Assembly (NCBI GenBank): GCA_031459625.1
Contig: JAVKIH010000011.1
Span: forward strand, 6,817-70,816
Length of the DNA stretch: 64,000 nt
Origin: Candidatus Geohabitans tengchongensis
GTDB lineage: Bacteria > Sysuimicrobiota > Sysuimicrobiia > Sysuimicrobiales > Humicultoraceae
Direction: 5' to 3'
The translations under genes were made by a program, and so were the position numbers. The notes beneath the pieces are model-generated. The model worked only from the letters and a program-made list of their open reading frames with translations. It did no database searches and had not been told where the DNA came from. Positions 38,395 to 47,823 of this stretch are shown here, piece after piece. The number at the start of each line of letters is the position of its first letter. Positions within the stretch are counted from its first letter, which is position 1.

Positions 38395-39176
38395 TCGCCA
38401 CTACCGCGGACGATCCGCTCGCCCCGGTGTTCTGGGAGGCCTACCGGACAGCCGGGGGGCCCTCGGCGATCGCGGTCTTCTTCCTGCGCCCACGCCGCCG
38501 CGTGTCGGCCGTGCGGCGGGTTGCGGAGGGGCTGCTGCTCTTCGGTCCCAGCGGCGCCGTGTACTGGTGGCAGCAGAGGCGTCGCCTCCGCCGACCCGCC
38601 GACTCGCTCCTGCCCCTCTCGGACGCCACGCGGGGACAGCACGTGGGCAGCCTCAACCGGGGAGAAGGCCACCAGGCCCTCCGCGACGCGCAGGCGGACG
38701 TCCTGGTCTCGGTGGGATCGCCGGAGATCTTCAAGCCGTCCACACTCGCGCTGGCGCGGTGGGGAGCCCTCAACGTCCACCACGGGCGGCTTCCCACCTA
38801 TCGGGGGCTCTTCGGCACCTTTTGGGAGGCGCTGCACGGCGAGCCGTGGGGATACACGACGGTCCACCGGATGGACGCGGGGATCGACACGGGCGCGGTC
38901 GTGGCGGAGGCGCGGGTGCCCCTGGGACGGCGCCGCCTCCTCGACGTCCTCATCGAGAAGCGGCAGGTGGGCGGTCGGCTCCTCGCAGAGGTCCTGGCCC
39001 GCGCGGCGGTCTCCGGGGCCCTTCCGCCAGCGGCGCCCCGCCGCGACGGGGTGGTCGGCTACTACGGCTGGCCCTCGCTGGCCGACCTGCTCCGGTTCCG
39101 GCTGGGCACGCGGCGAGGTGTAATGGCCGGCCCCGTGCGCGCCGGCGATGCCTTGGGCGAGGGCGGCGGCCGATGA
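38382..39176 (+). CDS. formyltransferase-domain protein (Fmt/ArnA N-domain-like)
   Basis: LNVHHGRLPTYRGLFGTFWEAL and HRMDAGIDTGAVV match the formyl_trans_N catalytic His and Asp regions. Confidence 0.75.
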   Translation: MRLVIATTADDPLAPVFWEAYRTAGGPSAIAVFFLRPRRRVSAVRRVAEGLLLFGPSGAVYWWQQRRRLRRPADSLLPLSDATRGQHVGSLNRGEGHQALRDAQADVLVSVGSPEIFKPSTLALARWGALNVHHGRLPTYRGLFGTFWEALHGEPWGYTTVHRMDAGIDTGAVVAEARVPLGRRRLLDVLIEKRQVGGRLLAEVLARAAVSGALPPAAPRRDGVVGYYGWPSLADLLRFRLGTRRGVMAGPVRAGDALGEGGGR

Positions 39177-40393
39177 CCACCCACGCCACGGTGGAGGTGT
39201 CCAGGCCTCCGGCGCAGCGGCTGGCCCTCCTGCGGCTCGCCCATATCACCACCGCCGACCTGAGCCTGCGCTTCCTGCTGCTGGACCAGTTACGGGCCTT
39301 TCAGGATGCCGGCTTCGACGTCCTGGCGGTCAGCGCCCCGGGACCCTGGTCCGACGACCTCGCACGGGCGGGCATCCCCCACGCGGCGGTCCCGGGCCTG
39401 GAGCGTCGGTGGGCGCCCCTCGGGGACCTCAGGGCATTGTGGGGACTCGTCCGGGTGTTGGCCCGTCACCGTCCGCACATCGTCCACACCCATACCCCCA
39501 AGGGCCGCATGCTCGGGCGGCTGGCGGCCCGGCTGGTCGGTGTGCCGGTCGTGGTAAACACCTTTCACGGTCTGTATGGCCTGGACGGCTCATGGCTGCG
39601 GCGTCGCGCCTTCGTCGTGCTCGAACGGGCCGGGGCGCGGCTGGGGGACTTCGACCTGTGCCAGAGCCGTGAGGACCTGGCCACCCTCCTCCGGGAGCGC
39701 ATTACCACCCCGGAGCGCTCCGCCTGGCTGGGCAACGGCGTGGACCTCTCGCGCTTCGATCCCGCCCGCGTGGACCGCCGCGCGGTGCGCCGCCGCCTGG
39801 AGATCGCCGACGGGGCGCTGGTCGTGGGCACGGTTGGCCGCCTGGTCTGGGAGAAGGGGTTCAGGGAGTTCTTCGCCATGGCTGCGGCCCTCACCGCTGA
39901 AGACGCCCGCGTCGTGCCCCTGGTCGTGGGCCCGGTCGAGGCCGGCAAGCCCGATGGGATCCCGTCCCCGGTGCTCGAGGACGTCGCCCGCCGCTGCCGG
40001 GTGCGTTTCCTCGGTCTGCGGACGGACATGCCCGACCTCTACGCGGCGATGGACGTCTTCGTCCTCCCCTCCTACCGCGAGGGGTTTCCCCGCTCGGCGG
40101 TGGAAGCGGCGGCCATGGGGCGGGCCATGGTCCTGACCGACATCCGCGGGTGCCGCGAGGTCGTCGAGGACGGCCACAACGGCTTCCTCGTGCCGCCCCG
40201 TGACTCCGGCGCCCTGACTGAGCGGGTGCGCCGGCTACTGGGCGACCCTGCGCTGCGCGAGCGATTCGGCGCGCGCAGCCGCGCGAAGGCGCTGGCCGAG
40301 TTCGACGAGCGCCGGGTGGTCGCGACCACCCTGAGGGTCTACGAGCGCCTGTGGGAGGTCCGGAGGGTCGCCGGTGCGGTTGCACCTCGCTGA
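39173..40393 (+). CDS. glycosyltransferase family 4 (GT-B)
   Basis: LAHITTADLSLRFLLLDQL N-domain, and VLPSYREGFPRSAVEAAAMGRAMVLTDIRGCREVV motif. ATGA overlap with the upstream gene. Confidence 0.85.
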   Translation: MTTHATVEVSRPPAQRLALLRLAHITTADLSLRFLLLDQLRAFQDAGFDVLAVSAPGPWSDDLARAGIPHAAVPGLERRWAPLGDLRALWGLVRVLARHRPHIVHTHTPKGRMLGRLAARLVGVPVVVNTFHGLYGLDGSWLRRRAFVVLERAGARLGDFDLCQSREDLATLLRERITTPERSAWLGNGVDLSRFDPARVDRRAVRRRLEIADGALVVGTVGRLVWEKGFREFFAMAAALTAEDARVVPLVVGPVEAGKPDGIPSPVLEDVARRCRVRFLGLRTDMPDLYAAMDVFVLPSYREGFPRSAVEAAAMGRAMVLTDIRGCREVVEDGHNGFLVPPRDSGALTERVRRLLGDPALRERFGARSRAKALAEFDERRVVATTLRVYERLWEVRRVAGAVAPR

Positions 40394-40985
40394 CGCCGCC
40401 GACATCGGAGTCATCGCCGCGTTGCACCGGAGCCAGATCCCTTGGGGGCTGCTCAGTGATCTGGGCGAGGCGGCTGTGACGCGCTTCTACCGGGTGCTGA
40501 TCACGTCTGGCGTCGGGTTCGTCGTGCTGGCGGAGGACGGCGAGGGGCCGGTGGGCTTCGCCAGCGCGGTGACCGACTGGCCGCGGTTCTACCGGGCTTT
40601 CGTGCGCCCCGCGCCCTGGTCGGCGGTCCCGCTGCTGGTGCGGGCGTGGTCGGGCCGTCGGTGGCGCCGCCTGCTCGAGACCCGGCGGTACGTCACCGCG
40701 AGCCAGCTCCCCCGGGCCGAGCTCGCCTCGATCGCCCTAGCGCCCTCCGCCCGCGGCCGGGGAATCGGGCGGGCGCTGGTGGCCGCCGTGCTGGCTGAGC
40801 TCGGCCGGCGCGGCGTGACCACCGTCCGCGTGACTACGGCCGCGGACAACGGGGAGGCGCGCCGCCTGTACGAGGGTGCGGGCTTCCGGCTGCACGGAGA
40901 GCTCGAGATCCACCCGCATGAGCGCGCCGCCGTCTACGTTCGGGACGTTCCGGCCGTCGCCGCGGGGGTCCCCGGGCGCTCATGA
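40374..40985 (+). CDS. GNAT family N-acetyltransferase
   Basis: LASIALAPSARGRGIGRALVAAVLAEL (R-G-x-G-I-G acetyl-CoA loop) and NGEARRLYEGAGF. Confidence 0.8.
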   Translation: MRLHLADAADIGVIAALHRSQIPWGLLSDLGEAAVTRFYRVLITSGVGFVVLAEDGEGPVGFASAVTDWPRFYRAFVRPAPWSAVPLLVRAWSGRRWRRLLETRRYVTASQLPRAELASIALAPSARGRGIGRALVAAVLAELGRRGVTTVRVTTAADNGEARRLYEGAGFRLHGELEIHPHERAAVYVRDVPAVAAGVPGRS

Positions 40986-42202
40986 GGCCGCCGCGGGCAC
41001 GCGACATCCCGGTGCTGATCCTCGAGCCGGGCTACGGCGGGCTGGGGGCCGCGCGCAGCCTGGGACGGCTCGGCATCCCCGTGTACGCGGTTCGCCAGAC
41101 ACCGAGCCCGGTGCTGCGCTCCCGGTACTGGCGTGGGTGTCTCCGCTGGCGGTGCGGTCCCGGGCTGGCCGACGACGCCGTGCTCTTCCTGCAGACGGTG
41201 CAGCGGCGTCTGGGGGCTCCGGTGGTGCTCCTGCCCACCACGGACCAGACGGCGCTGCTCCTCGCCGAGTACGCGGAGACCCTCGGTCCGGAGTTCCTCT
41301 TTCCCCGCGTTCCGGCGGACCTCGTGCGGGCCCTGGTCGACAAGCGCCGCCTCCACGCGCTAGCCCGGGCTGCGGGGGTGGCGGTGCCGCGGACGGCGAC
41401 GGTCCGCTCTCGCCGGGAGGCGGCTGCCTTCCTCGCCGAGGCCGGATTGCCCGTCATCGCCAAGGCTGCCCACCCGAGCGGACCGATGGGCACGACGCGG
41501 CGGGTCTTCCGGCGCGCGCGGGCGCTGCTGGACTACGTCGAGCGCCTCGGACCCGCCGAGCGGAGCAACCTGCTCCTCCAGGAGTTCCTGGGTGGCGAGG
41601 GAGTCTGGATGGTGGATGCCTACCTGGGAGGCGACGGCCGGCAGGTCCGCGTCGCGGTGGGGATGAAGCTGCGGCAGCATCCCGACCCGGCCGGCGTGGC
41701 CTCCCTGGCCGTGGTGCGGCCGCAGGACCGGCTGGCCGAGGTGACGGTGACGTTCCTGCGCGGCTGCGGGTACCGCGGGCTGGTGGACGTCGACTACGCG
41801 GTCGACCCGCGCGACGGCACTTACCGGCTGCTCGACGTGAACCCCCGGCTCGGCGCGACCTTCCGTCTCTTCACCGGGCCGGACGGTATGGATCTCGCCC
41901 GGGCGTACTACCTGGACCTCACGGACCAGTCCGTCCCGGAGCTCCGGCCCGTCCCCGGGCGCCGCTGGTGGCTGGAGGACGATGTGGCATACCTGCTGGC
42001 GGCCCGGCGGCCGGGGGAAGTCTGGCGATGGGCGAGGGCGCTGCGGGGGGTGCGCGAGGCGGCCTGGGCCGCCCTCGACGACCCGTTCCCGCTGCTTGCC
42101 CGCGTGAGCGGCGCGCTCTGGAGGGGGATGCGCCACGGATGGCGCCGGTCCACCCCCGGCGTGCCTGCGCCGCTACGGGAGGTCCCGGTCAAGCGCACGT
42201 GA
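40982..42202 (+). CDS. ATP-grasp domain protein (carboxylate-amine ligase-like)
   Basis: PVLILEPGYGGLGAARSLGRLGIPVYAV pre-ATP-grasp region, LPVIAKAAHPSGP, LLLQEFLGG, and DVDYAVDPRDGTYRLLDVNPRLGATF (Mg/ATP loop). Confidence 0.75.
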   Translation: MRPPRARDIPVLILEPGYGGLGAARSLGRLGIPVYAVRQTPSPVLRSRYWRGCLRWRCGPGLADDAVLFLQTVQRRLGAPVVLLPTTDQTALLLAEYAETLGPEFLFPRVPADLVRALVDKRRLHALARAAGVAVPRTATVRSRREAAAFLAEAGLPVIAKAAHPSGPMGTTRRVFRRARALLDYVERLGPAERSNLLLQEFLGGEGVWMVDAYLGGDGRQVRVAVGMKLRQHPDPAGVASLAVVRPQDRLAEVTVTFLRGCGYRGLVDVDYAVDPRDGTYRLLDVNPRLGATFRLFTGPDGMDLARAYYLDLTDQSVPELRPVPGRRWWLEDDVAYLLAARRPGEVWRWARALRGVREAAWAALDDPFPLLARVSGALWRGMRHGWRRSTPGVPAPLREVPVKRT

Positions 42203-42245
42203 CTGCCGGGGTCCCCGGCGGACCCCCAGGCGTCTCTGACCCCAC

Positions 42246-42959
42246 ATGGACCGTCGCCGCCTGCTCGACACGATGCTGGCCGCCGTCCTCCTGGTGCTGG
42301 CCGCTCCGGTGATGCTCCTGCTCGCGCTGGCCAACCGCTCCCTGTCGGGGCGCGCCTTCTTCGTCCAGGAGCGGTTGGGCCAGGACCTGCGGCCGTTCCG
42401 GCTGTTCAAGTACCAGACGATGGTCGACGGCGCGGACCAAGGCTCCACGGTCACGGTGGCCCGGGACGCGCGCGTGACCCGGTTCGGCGGGGTGCTGCGG
42501 ACGCTCAAGCTCGACGAGCTGCCCCAGCTCATCAACGTCCTGCGCGGGGAGATGACCTTCGTCGGCCCCCGCCCGTTGACGCCCAATGAGATCGCCGCCA
42601 TTCCACGCCCGCTGGCCGCCCTGGTCTACCGCCAGCCACCGGGACTCACCGGGATCGCCAGCCTGGCCTTCCATGACGAAGAGCGCCTGCTGGCGCAGGC
42701 CGCCGACCCATTGCGGACATACTTCAACGAGATCCTGCCCCGGAAGATCGCCGTCGAGCTGGCCTACGTACAGCGCCGGACGTGGGCGACCGACCTGCTG
42801 ATCCTGGCCTTCACGCCCTTCGCGCCGTTGTGGCCGCGCCTTCGCCGCGCGCTGGTGGCGTGGCTGGTCCCCGACGCCGCCGCCTGGTGGCCGGCGAAGG
42901 GCCGTGCCGCCGACAGGACCGACGCGCAGGAACTGCCGGTCCGGGTGTCGTTCAAGTGA
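42246..42959 (+). CDS. undecaprenyl-phosphate sugar phosphotransferase (small monotopic PGT, PglC/WbaP C-domain-like)
   Basis: Re-entrant helix LDTMLAAVLLVLAAPVMLLLALA, then FFVQERLG, FRLFKYQTM and LDELPQLINVLRGEMTFVGPRP. Confidence 0.9.
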   Translation: MDRRRLLDTMLAAVLLVLAAPVMLLLALANRSLSGRAFFVQERLGQDLRPFRLFKYQTMVDGADQGSTVTVARDARVTRFGGVLRTLKLDELPQLINVLRGEMTFVGPRPLTPNEIAAIPRPLAALVYRQPPGLTGIASLAFHDEERLLAQAADPLRTYFNEILPRKIAVELAYVQRRTWATDLLILAFTPFAPLWPRLRRALVAWLVPDAAAWWPAKGRAADRTDAQELPVRVSFK

Positions 42960-44134
42960 GCGCGCCGACGGTCAGCGTGATCATCCCCGCCTACAACGCC
43001 GAGGCCTACGTAGGCGAGGCCATCCGGAGTGTCCTTGCTCAGTCCTTCCGCGACGTGGAGCTCCTGGTGGTGGACGACGGGTCCACCGACGGCACAGCGG
43101 CGGTGGTGCAGGGCTTCGGCCCCGGGGTGCGCTATCTGTACCAGCCCAATGCCGGACTCCCTGCGGCCCGGAATGCGGGTATCCGGCTCGCGCGTGGCGC
43201 CATCATCGCGTTCCTCGATGCCGATGACCTCTGGCTACCGGACTTCCTCGACGCGGTCGTCGGAGCGTTGCTCGCCGATTGGGGGGTCGACGGAGCTTAC
43301 GCCTGGGCCCGGTACATCGAGCCGCACGGACGGGTCCTCCCCGGAGGCATGGGCCCCACTCCGGCGGGGGACACCCTGGAGCGGGTGTTCCTGATGGGCG
43401 GGTCCCTGCAGTTCTCCATGGTGGCGTTGCGCCGCGAGGTGTTCGGGAGGGTGGGGCTCTTCGACGAGACGCTGCGCCAGGCGCAGGACTGGGACTTCCT
43501 GCTCCGGGCAGCGGCGGTCGGCATCCGTTTCGCTTGCGTGCCACGGATCCTGGTATACCGACGAGTCCATGGGGAGAGCCTGGCCGCCGACCCGGAACGC
43601 CACCTGGCCTGGGAGCGGCGCGTCCTGGCCAAGGCGCTGGCCACGCTGCCGCTCCCCCACCGCCTCCGGGCGCTGGCACCCGTCGCCGAGTACCGCATGG
43701 TCGTCCGGGCGGCCATGACGCACTGGCGGCAGGGCCATCACCAGGCCGCGGTCGACCGCCTGGCGGAGGCGCTGGCGTCGTGGCCGGAGGCGGCGGAGCG
43801 CCCGCAGACTTACCTGGGCCTGCTCCACCGGCTCCTGCCGGTGGGCGTGCGGTGTGCGCAGACCGTGGGGCGAGAGTTGCCCCGACTGGTGCAGGAAGGC
43901 CATCGCCTCCTCGATCTGGTCCTCGCCCATCCCCTCATTACGGCGACCGCGGCCATCCGTCCGCGACGGGCCCGGGCGGCCTTCCACACGGGGGTCGCCT
44001 ATCTGGCCCTGCGCTCGCTGCGGCTGGGGCTGGCGGCCCAGGCGGGACTGCAGGTGGTGGCCGCCGATCCGACGCTGCCCCTACGTCCGACCTGGCGGCG
44101 GTGGCGGAGCGCACCGGTCGGGGAATCGAGGTGA
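42956..44134 (+). CDS. glycosyltransferase family 2 with C-terminal helical extension
   Basis: VSVIIPAYNAEAYVGEAIRSVLAQSF, LLVVDDGSTDGT, FLDADD. Confidence 0.85.
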   Translation: MSAPTVSVIIPAYNAEAYVGEAIRSVLAQSFRDVELLVVDDGSTDGTAAVVQGFGPGVRYLYQPNAGLPAARNAGIRLARGAIIAFLDADDLWLPDFLDAVVGALLADWGVDGAYAWARYIEPHGRVLPGGMGPTPAGDTLERVFLMGGSLQFSMVALRREVFGRVGLFDETLRQAQDWDFLLRAAAVGIRFACVPRILVYRRVHGESLAADPERHLAWERRVLAKALATLPLPHRLRALAPVAEYRMVVRAAMTHWRQGHHQAAVDRLAEALASWPEAAERPQTYLGLLHRLLPVGVRCAQTVGRELPRLVQEGHRLLDLVLAHPLITATAAIRPRRARAAFHTGVAYLALRSLRLGLAAQAGLQVVAADPTLPLRPTWRRWRSAPVGESR

Positions 44135-44150
44135 CATCGAGGTGACGGCG

Positions 44151-45341
44151 ATGGAGCCTTTGAGGATCCCGCTCTCTCGCCCCGACATCGGAGACGAGGA
44201 GCGCAAAGAGGTCCTCGCGGTGCTGGACACCCCATGGCTGAGCATGGGGCCGAAAGTGGGAGCGTTCGAGCGGCAGTTTGCCGCTGCGGTGGGCAGCCGG
44301 TACGCCATCGCCGTGAGCAGTGGGACCGCAGGGCTCCACCTGGCCCTGCGCGCAGTGGGAGTGGGGAGCGGAGACGACGTCATCACCACCCCCTTTACCT
44401 TCGTCGCCACCGCCAATGTCGTCCTGATGGAGCGGGCCCGGCCGGTCTTCGTCGACGTGGACCCGCAGACGCTCAACCTCGACCCCGCCACCGTGGAGGC
44501 GCACATTGAGCGTACTTACGCGGGCCGGGGCGGGACGCTGGTCCACCGGGTCACCGGGGCGCCGTTGCGCGCGCTCCTGCCCGTGGCCGTCTTCGGCCAC
44601 CCGGTGGACATGGACGGCTTCGTCCGTTTGCGTGACCGCTTCGGCCTGCCCGTCGTGCACGACGCGTGTGAGGCGCTGGGGGCGCGCTACTGGTCCGCCG
44701 CCCGCGAGGCGTGGGTCTGCGAGGCCGCCCTCGCCGATGCCGCCGTATACGCCTTCTACCCCAACAAGCAGATCACCACCGGCGAGGGCGGTATGGTCGT
44801 GACCTCGGACGACGGGATCGCGCGGGCCTGCCGCGTCGGCCGGAACCAGGGGCGCGATCCGGACGCCGAGTGGCTGGCGCACGAGGCGCTGGGCTTCAAC
44901 TACCGGCTGGACGAGCTCTCCGCGGCGCTCGGGCTGGCGCAGTTGCGACGGCTGCCCACCCTCCTGGCCCGACGGCGCCAGGTCGCCGAGTGGTACGACG
45001 TCCTGCTGGCCGACGTGCCCGAGGTCGTCCGCCCCACTGCCGCCCCCTGGGCGGACGTGAGTTGGTTCGTCTACGTCGTGCGGCTCCCTTCGCCCGAGGT
45101 GCGCGATGCCGTCCAGCGTCACCTCCTCGCCCGCGGGATCGGCGCGCGCCCCTACTTCCCTGCCGTCCACCTGTTTCGTCACCTGCGGGTCCTGGGGTAC
45201 GCCCCCGGGGACTTCCCGGTGGCGGAGGCGGCCGCCCTGCGCGGGCTGGCCCTGCCCTTCTTCGCGGGCCTGACGCGGGAGGAGGTCGAGGATGTTGTCC
45301 GCACCCTCAAGGAGGCACTGGCCATCCGTGCCCCTGCCTAG
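44151..45341 (+). CDS. DegT/DnrJ/EryC1/StrS-family PLP-dependent sugar aminotransferase (PglE-like)
   Basis: IPLSRPDIGDEERKEVLAVLDTPWLSMGPKVGAFE, AVSSGTAGLHLAL, and the FYPNKQITTGEGG Schiff-base Lys motif. Confidence 0.9.
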   Translation: MEPLRIPLSRPDIGDEERKEVLAVLDTPWLSMGPKVGAFERQFAAAVGSRYAIAVSSGTAGLHLALRAVGVGSGDDVITTPFTFVATANVVLMERARPVFVDVDPQTLNLDPATVEAHIERTYAGRGGTLVHRVTGAPLRALLPVAVFGHPVDMDGFVRLRDRFGLPVVHDACEALGARYWSAAREAWVCEAALADAAVYAFYPNKQITTGEGGMVVTSDDGIARACRVGRNQGRDPDAEWLAHEALGFNYRLDELSAALGLAQLRRLPTLLARRRQVAEWYDVLLADVPEVVRPTAAPWADVSWFVYVVRLPSPEVRDAVQRHLLARGIGARPYFPAVHLFRHLRVLGYAPGDFPVAEAAALRGLALPFFAGLTREEVEDVVRTLKEALAIRAPA

Positions 45342-47289
45342 GCTCCACCCCACCACGACCTGGCGCGCCCTGATCTTCCTGGTCGGGGACCTGCTCATCT
45401 GGAGCCTGTCGGTCTGGGCGGCCTTCCTGATCCGCTTCGACGGGGAGATCCCGCCGAGCTACCTCCGGGACATCCCTTACCTGCTGGCCCTGGTGGTGCC
45501 GGTACGGCTGGGCTGGCACGCGGCCTACCGGCTCTACCACCTGACCTGGCGGACCGTGGGGTTGACCGACCTCCTCAACATCCTGAAGGCCAACACCCTG
45601 GCCTCCCTCATGATCCTGGGCGCAGCCCTGATGCTGCGCACGGTCGACGCCTACGGCGACCTGCCCCGGTCGGTGCTGATCCTGGACTACGTGCTCAGCA
45701 GCGGGGGCGTGGCCCTCTTCCGCATCAGCCGGCGCGGCTGGGCCCTCCACCGCCACGCGCTGCGCATGCGGGGTCGCGGGGGCACCCGGCTGCTCATCGT
45801 CGGAGCGGGGGCGGCCGGCAACCGGATCCTCCAGACCATCGAGGAGTCCGGCCGGGAGCTCTACCAGGTGGTGGGGTTCGTCGACGACGATCCCGGGAAG
45901 CGGGGCGCCTTCATCCGGGGCGTGCGCGTCCTGGGGGGGACGGACGCGCTGGCCCGCCTGATCCGCGAGCAGGCGGTGGAGGAGGTCCTCATCGCCATGC
46001 CGTCGGTCCCCGCGCCGCGGCTCCGGGAGATCGTGGCCCAGGCCCGGGCCACGGGGATCCAGCGCATCAAGGTGCTGCCCGGCGTCGACGAGTGGCTGGC
46101 GGGGCGCGCCACCCTGAAGGACATCCGCGACGTCAACCTGCACGACCTGCTGCGACGCGCCCCGGTGCGCATCCAGTACGACGCGCTGCGGACCTACTTC
46201 ACGGGCAAGCGCGTCCTGGTCACCGGGGCCGCCGGGTCGATCGGGGCGGAGGTGGTGCGCCAGCTCACCCGCTTCCGGCCGGCTCTGGTGATCGCCGCCG
46301 ACATCAACGAGAGCGCGCTCTTTGAGCTCGAGCAGGAGCTGTTGCAGGCCCGACCCGAGGCGCCGGTGCAGGTCATGCTGGCGGACATCCGGGACGCCCG
46401 GAAGATCGACTGGGCCATGGCCACGGGCCGTCCCGAGGTCGTCGTCCACGCGGCCGCCTACAAGCACGTCCCGATGATGGAGCGCGAAGTGGAGGAGGCG
46501 GTGAAGACCAACGTCTTCGGCACCCTCACGGTGGCCGAGGCCGCTCTGCGCCACGACGTGGAGACGTTCGTCTTCATCTCCAGCGACAAGGCGGTCCACC
46601 CGGGGAACGTCCTGGGAGCGACGAAGCGGGTGGGCGAGCTGATCGTCCAGGCCTTTGGCGCCCGGCAGCGCACCCGTTTCCTGGCCGTGCGCTTCGGCAA
46701 CGTGCTGGGCAGCCGGGGTAGCCTGATCCCCCTCATGCTGGAGCAGATCCGGAACGGGGGTCCGGTGACCATCACCCACCCGGACATGACGCGCTACTTC
46801 ATGACGATCTCCGAGGCGGTGCTGCTCGTCCTGCAGACGCCGCTGATGACCGCCCCGGGCAGCGTCTTCATGCTCGAGATGGGCAGCCCCATCCGCATCG
46901 TCGACCTGGTGCGGGACCTCATCCGGCTGGCGGGGCTGGAGGACGATCGGGACATCCCCATCGTCTTCAGCGGCATCCGTGCCGGCGAGAAACTCCAGGA
47001 GCAGCTCGTGGGGACGGACGAGGAGTTCGTCCCCACCGCCTTCGATGGGATCGGCGAGGTGCGGTCGTCTCGGACCGTAGACGAGGTCACCCTGCGCCTG
47101 GCGCTGCGTGAGCTGCAGGCGCGGGTGGAGGCCATGGACGCCGACGGGGTGCGCTCGCTGCTCCGCCGTATCTGCGAGGCCACATCTGTCCCAGCGACCC
47201 TCGAATGGGCGGGAGCTGGCGCCGGTCTGGCACAGGGGTCGTGGACAGGCGGGCAGGACGTCAGCGCGTTGGGGGGGACGCCATCATGA
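45292..47289 (+). CDS. membrane-anchored nucleotide-sugar 4,6-dehydratase (CapD/PglF/WbpM family)
   Basis: Four N-terminal TM helices. Rossmann motifs LIVGAGAAG and VLVTGAAGSIG. AAYKHVP catalytic YxxxK. RFGNVLGSRGS. Confidence 0.9.
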   Translation: MLSAPSRRHWPSVPLPRLHPTTTWRALIFLVGDLLIWSLSVWAAFLIRFDGEIPPSYLRDIPYLLALVVPVRLGWHAAYRLYHLTWRTVGLTDLLNILKANTLASLMILGAALMLRTVDAYGDLPRSVLILDYVLSSGGVALFRISRRGWALHRHALRMRGRGGTRLLIVGAGAAGNRILQTIEESGRELYQVVGFVDDDPGKRGAFIRGVRVLGGTDALARLIREQAVEEVLIAMPSVPAPRLREIVAQARATGIQRIKVLPGVDEWLAGRATLKDIRDVNLHDLLRRAPVRIQYDALRTYFTGKRVLVTGAAGSIGAEVVRQLTRFRPALVIAADINESALFELEQELLQARPEAPVQVMLADIRDARKIDWAMATGRPEVVVHAAAYKHVPMMEREVEEAVKTNVFGTLTVAEAALRHDVETFVFISSDKAVHPGNVLGATKRVGELIVQAFGARQRTRFLAVRFGNVLGSRGSLIPLMLEQIRNGGPVTITHPDMTRYFMTISEAVLLVLQTPLMTAPGSVFMLEMGSPIRIVDLVRDLIRLAGLEDDRDIPIVFSGIRAGEKLQEQLVGTDEEFVPTAFDGIGEVRSSRTVDEVTLRLALRELQARVEAMDADGVRSLLRRICEATSVPATLEWAGAGAGLAQGSWTGGQDVSALGGTPS

Positions 47290-47822
47290 CGCTCGTACAC
47301 CGAGGCCATCACCCGGACATCCGGGGGCTGCACCGGGGGCTGCGGGAGCTGGAGACCCGGTTCCTGGACCTGCAGGAAGTGATGGGCGCGACCGGCCTGA
47401 CGGACGAGAACGCCCTGGAGGCGGTGGACATCATCGTCCGCATCCAGCAGGTCCACCGGGCCGTAGAGGAGGAGCGGGGCCGACGCGACCTGGCCTTTGC
47501 CACCGAGCGGCGCCTGCTGCACCTCAGCGCGTGGGGCCGGTGGCTGCTCCGCAAGGTGGTGGACGAGTACGTTCTCCACGCCCGCGTGGCGTTGGAGCAG
47601 CGGATCCGCAGCGCCCTGCCGGAGCATGCCGCGGAGTACTACCGGCGGGTGGCCGACCTGGTCGACCTGGCCAAGGAGATCGCCGGCATGCCGGACGAGG
47701 TGCTCTCGGAACAACTCTGGCAGGGCGACCTGGCGCAGATGGTCGTCGAGCAGATCCACGTGCTCCCCCGCGACATCAGCCCGCGGGGGGAGGCCATCTC
47801 GACAGAGGCGGTGAGGAGCTGA
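47286..47822 (+). CDS. hypothetical helical protein (178 aa)
   Basis: ATGA overlap with the dehydratase stop, and its own stop lies 1 nt before the next GTG. Coding-like composition. I recognise no motif. Confidence 0.55.
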   Translation: MTLVHRGHHPDIRGLHRGLRELETRFLDLQEVMGATGLTDENALEAVDIIVRIQQVHRAVEEERGRRDLAFATERRLLHLSAWGRWLLRKVVDEYVLHARVALEQRIRSALPEHAAEYYRRVADLVDLAKEIAGMPDEVLSEQLWQGDLAQMVVEQIHVLPRDISPRGEAISTEAVRS

Positions 47823-47823
47823 C

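Noticed and set aside
40876-42312. 478-aa + strand ORF overlapping the ATP-grasp gene in another frame. Similar cases are 43279..44145, 44711..45373, 60557..61672 and 57416..58441.
   Set aside because: The translations are Arg/Gly/Pro/Ala-rich with no motifs, and the alternative frame in each case carries clear family signatures.
47286-47822. The 178-aa hypothetical as an acyl-carrier protein partner for the adjacent adenylating enzyme (segment GLTDENALEAVDIIV).
   Set aside because: No Asp-Ser-Leu phosphopantetheinylation motif (Glu/Asn in place of Ser), and the protein is twice the size of an ACP. The resemblance is superficial.
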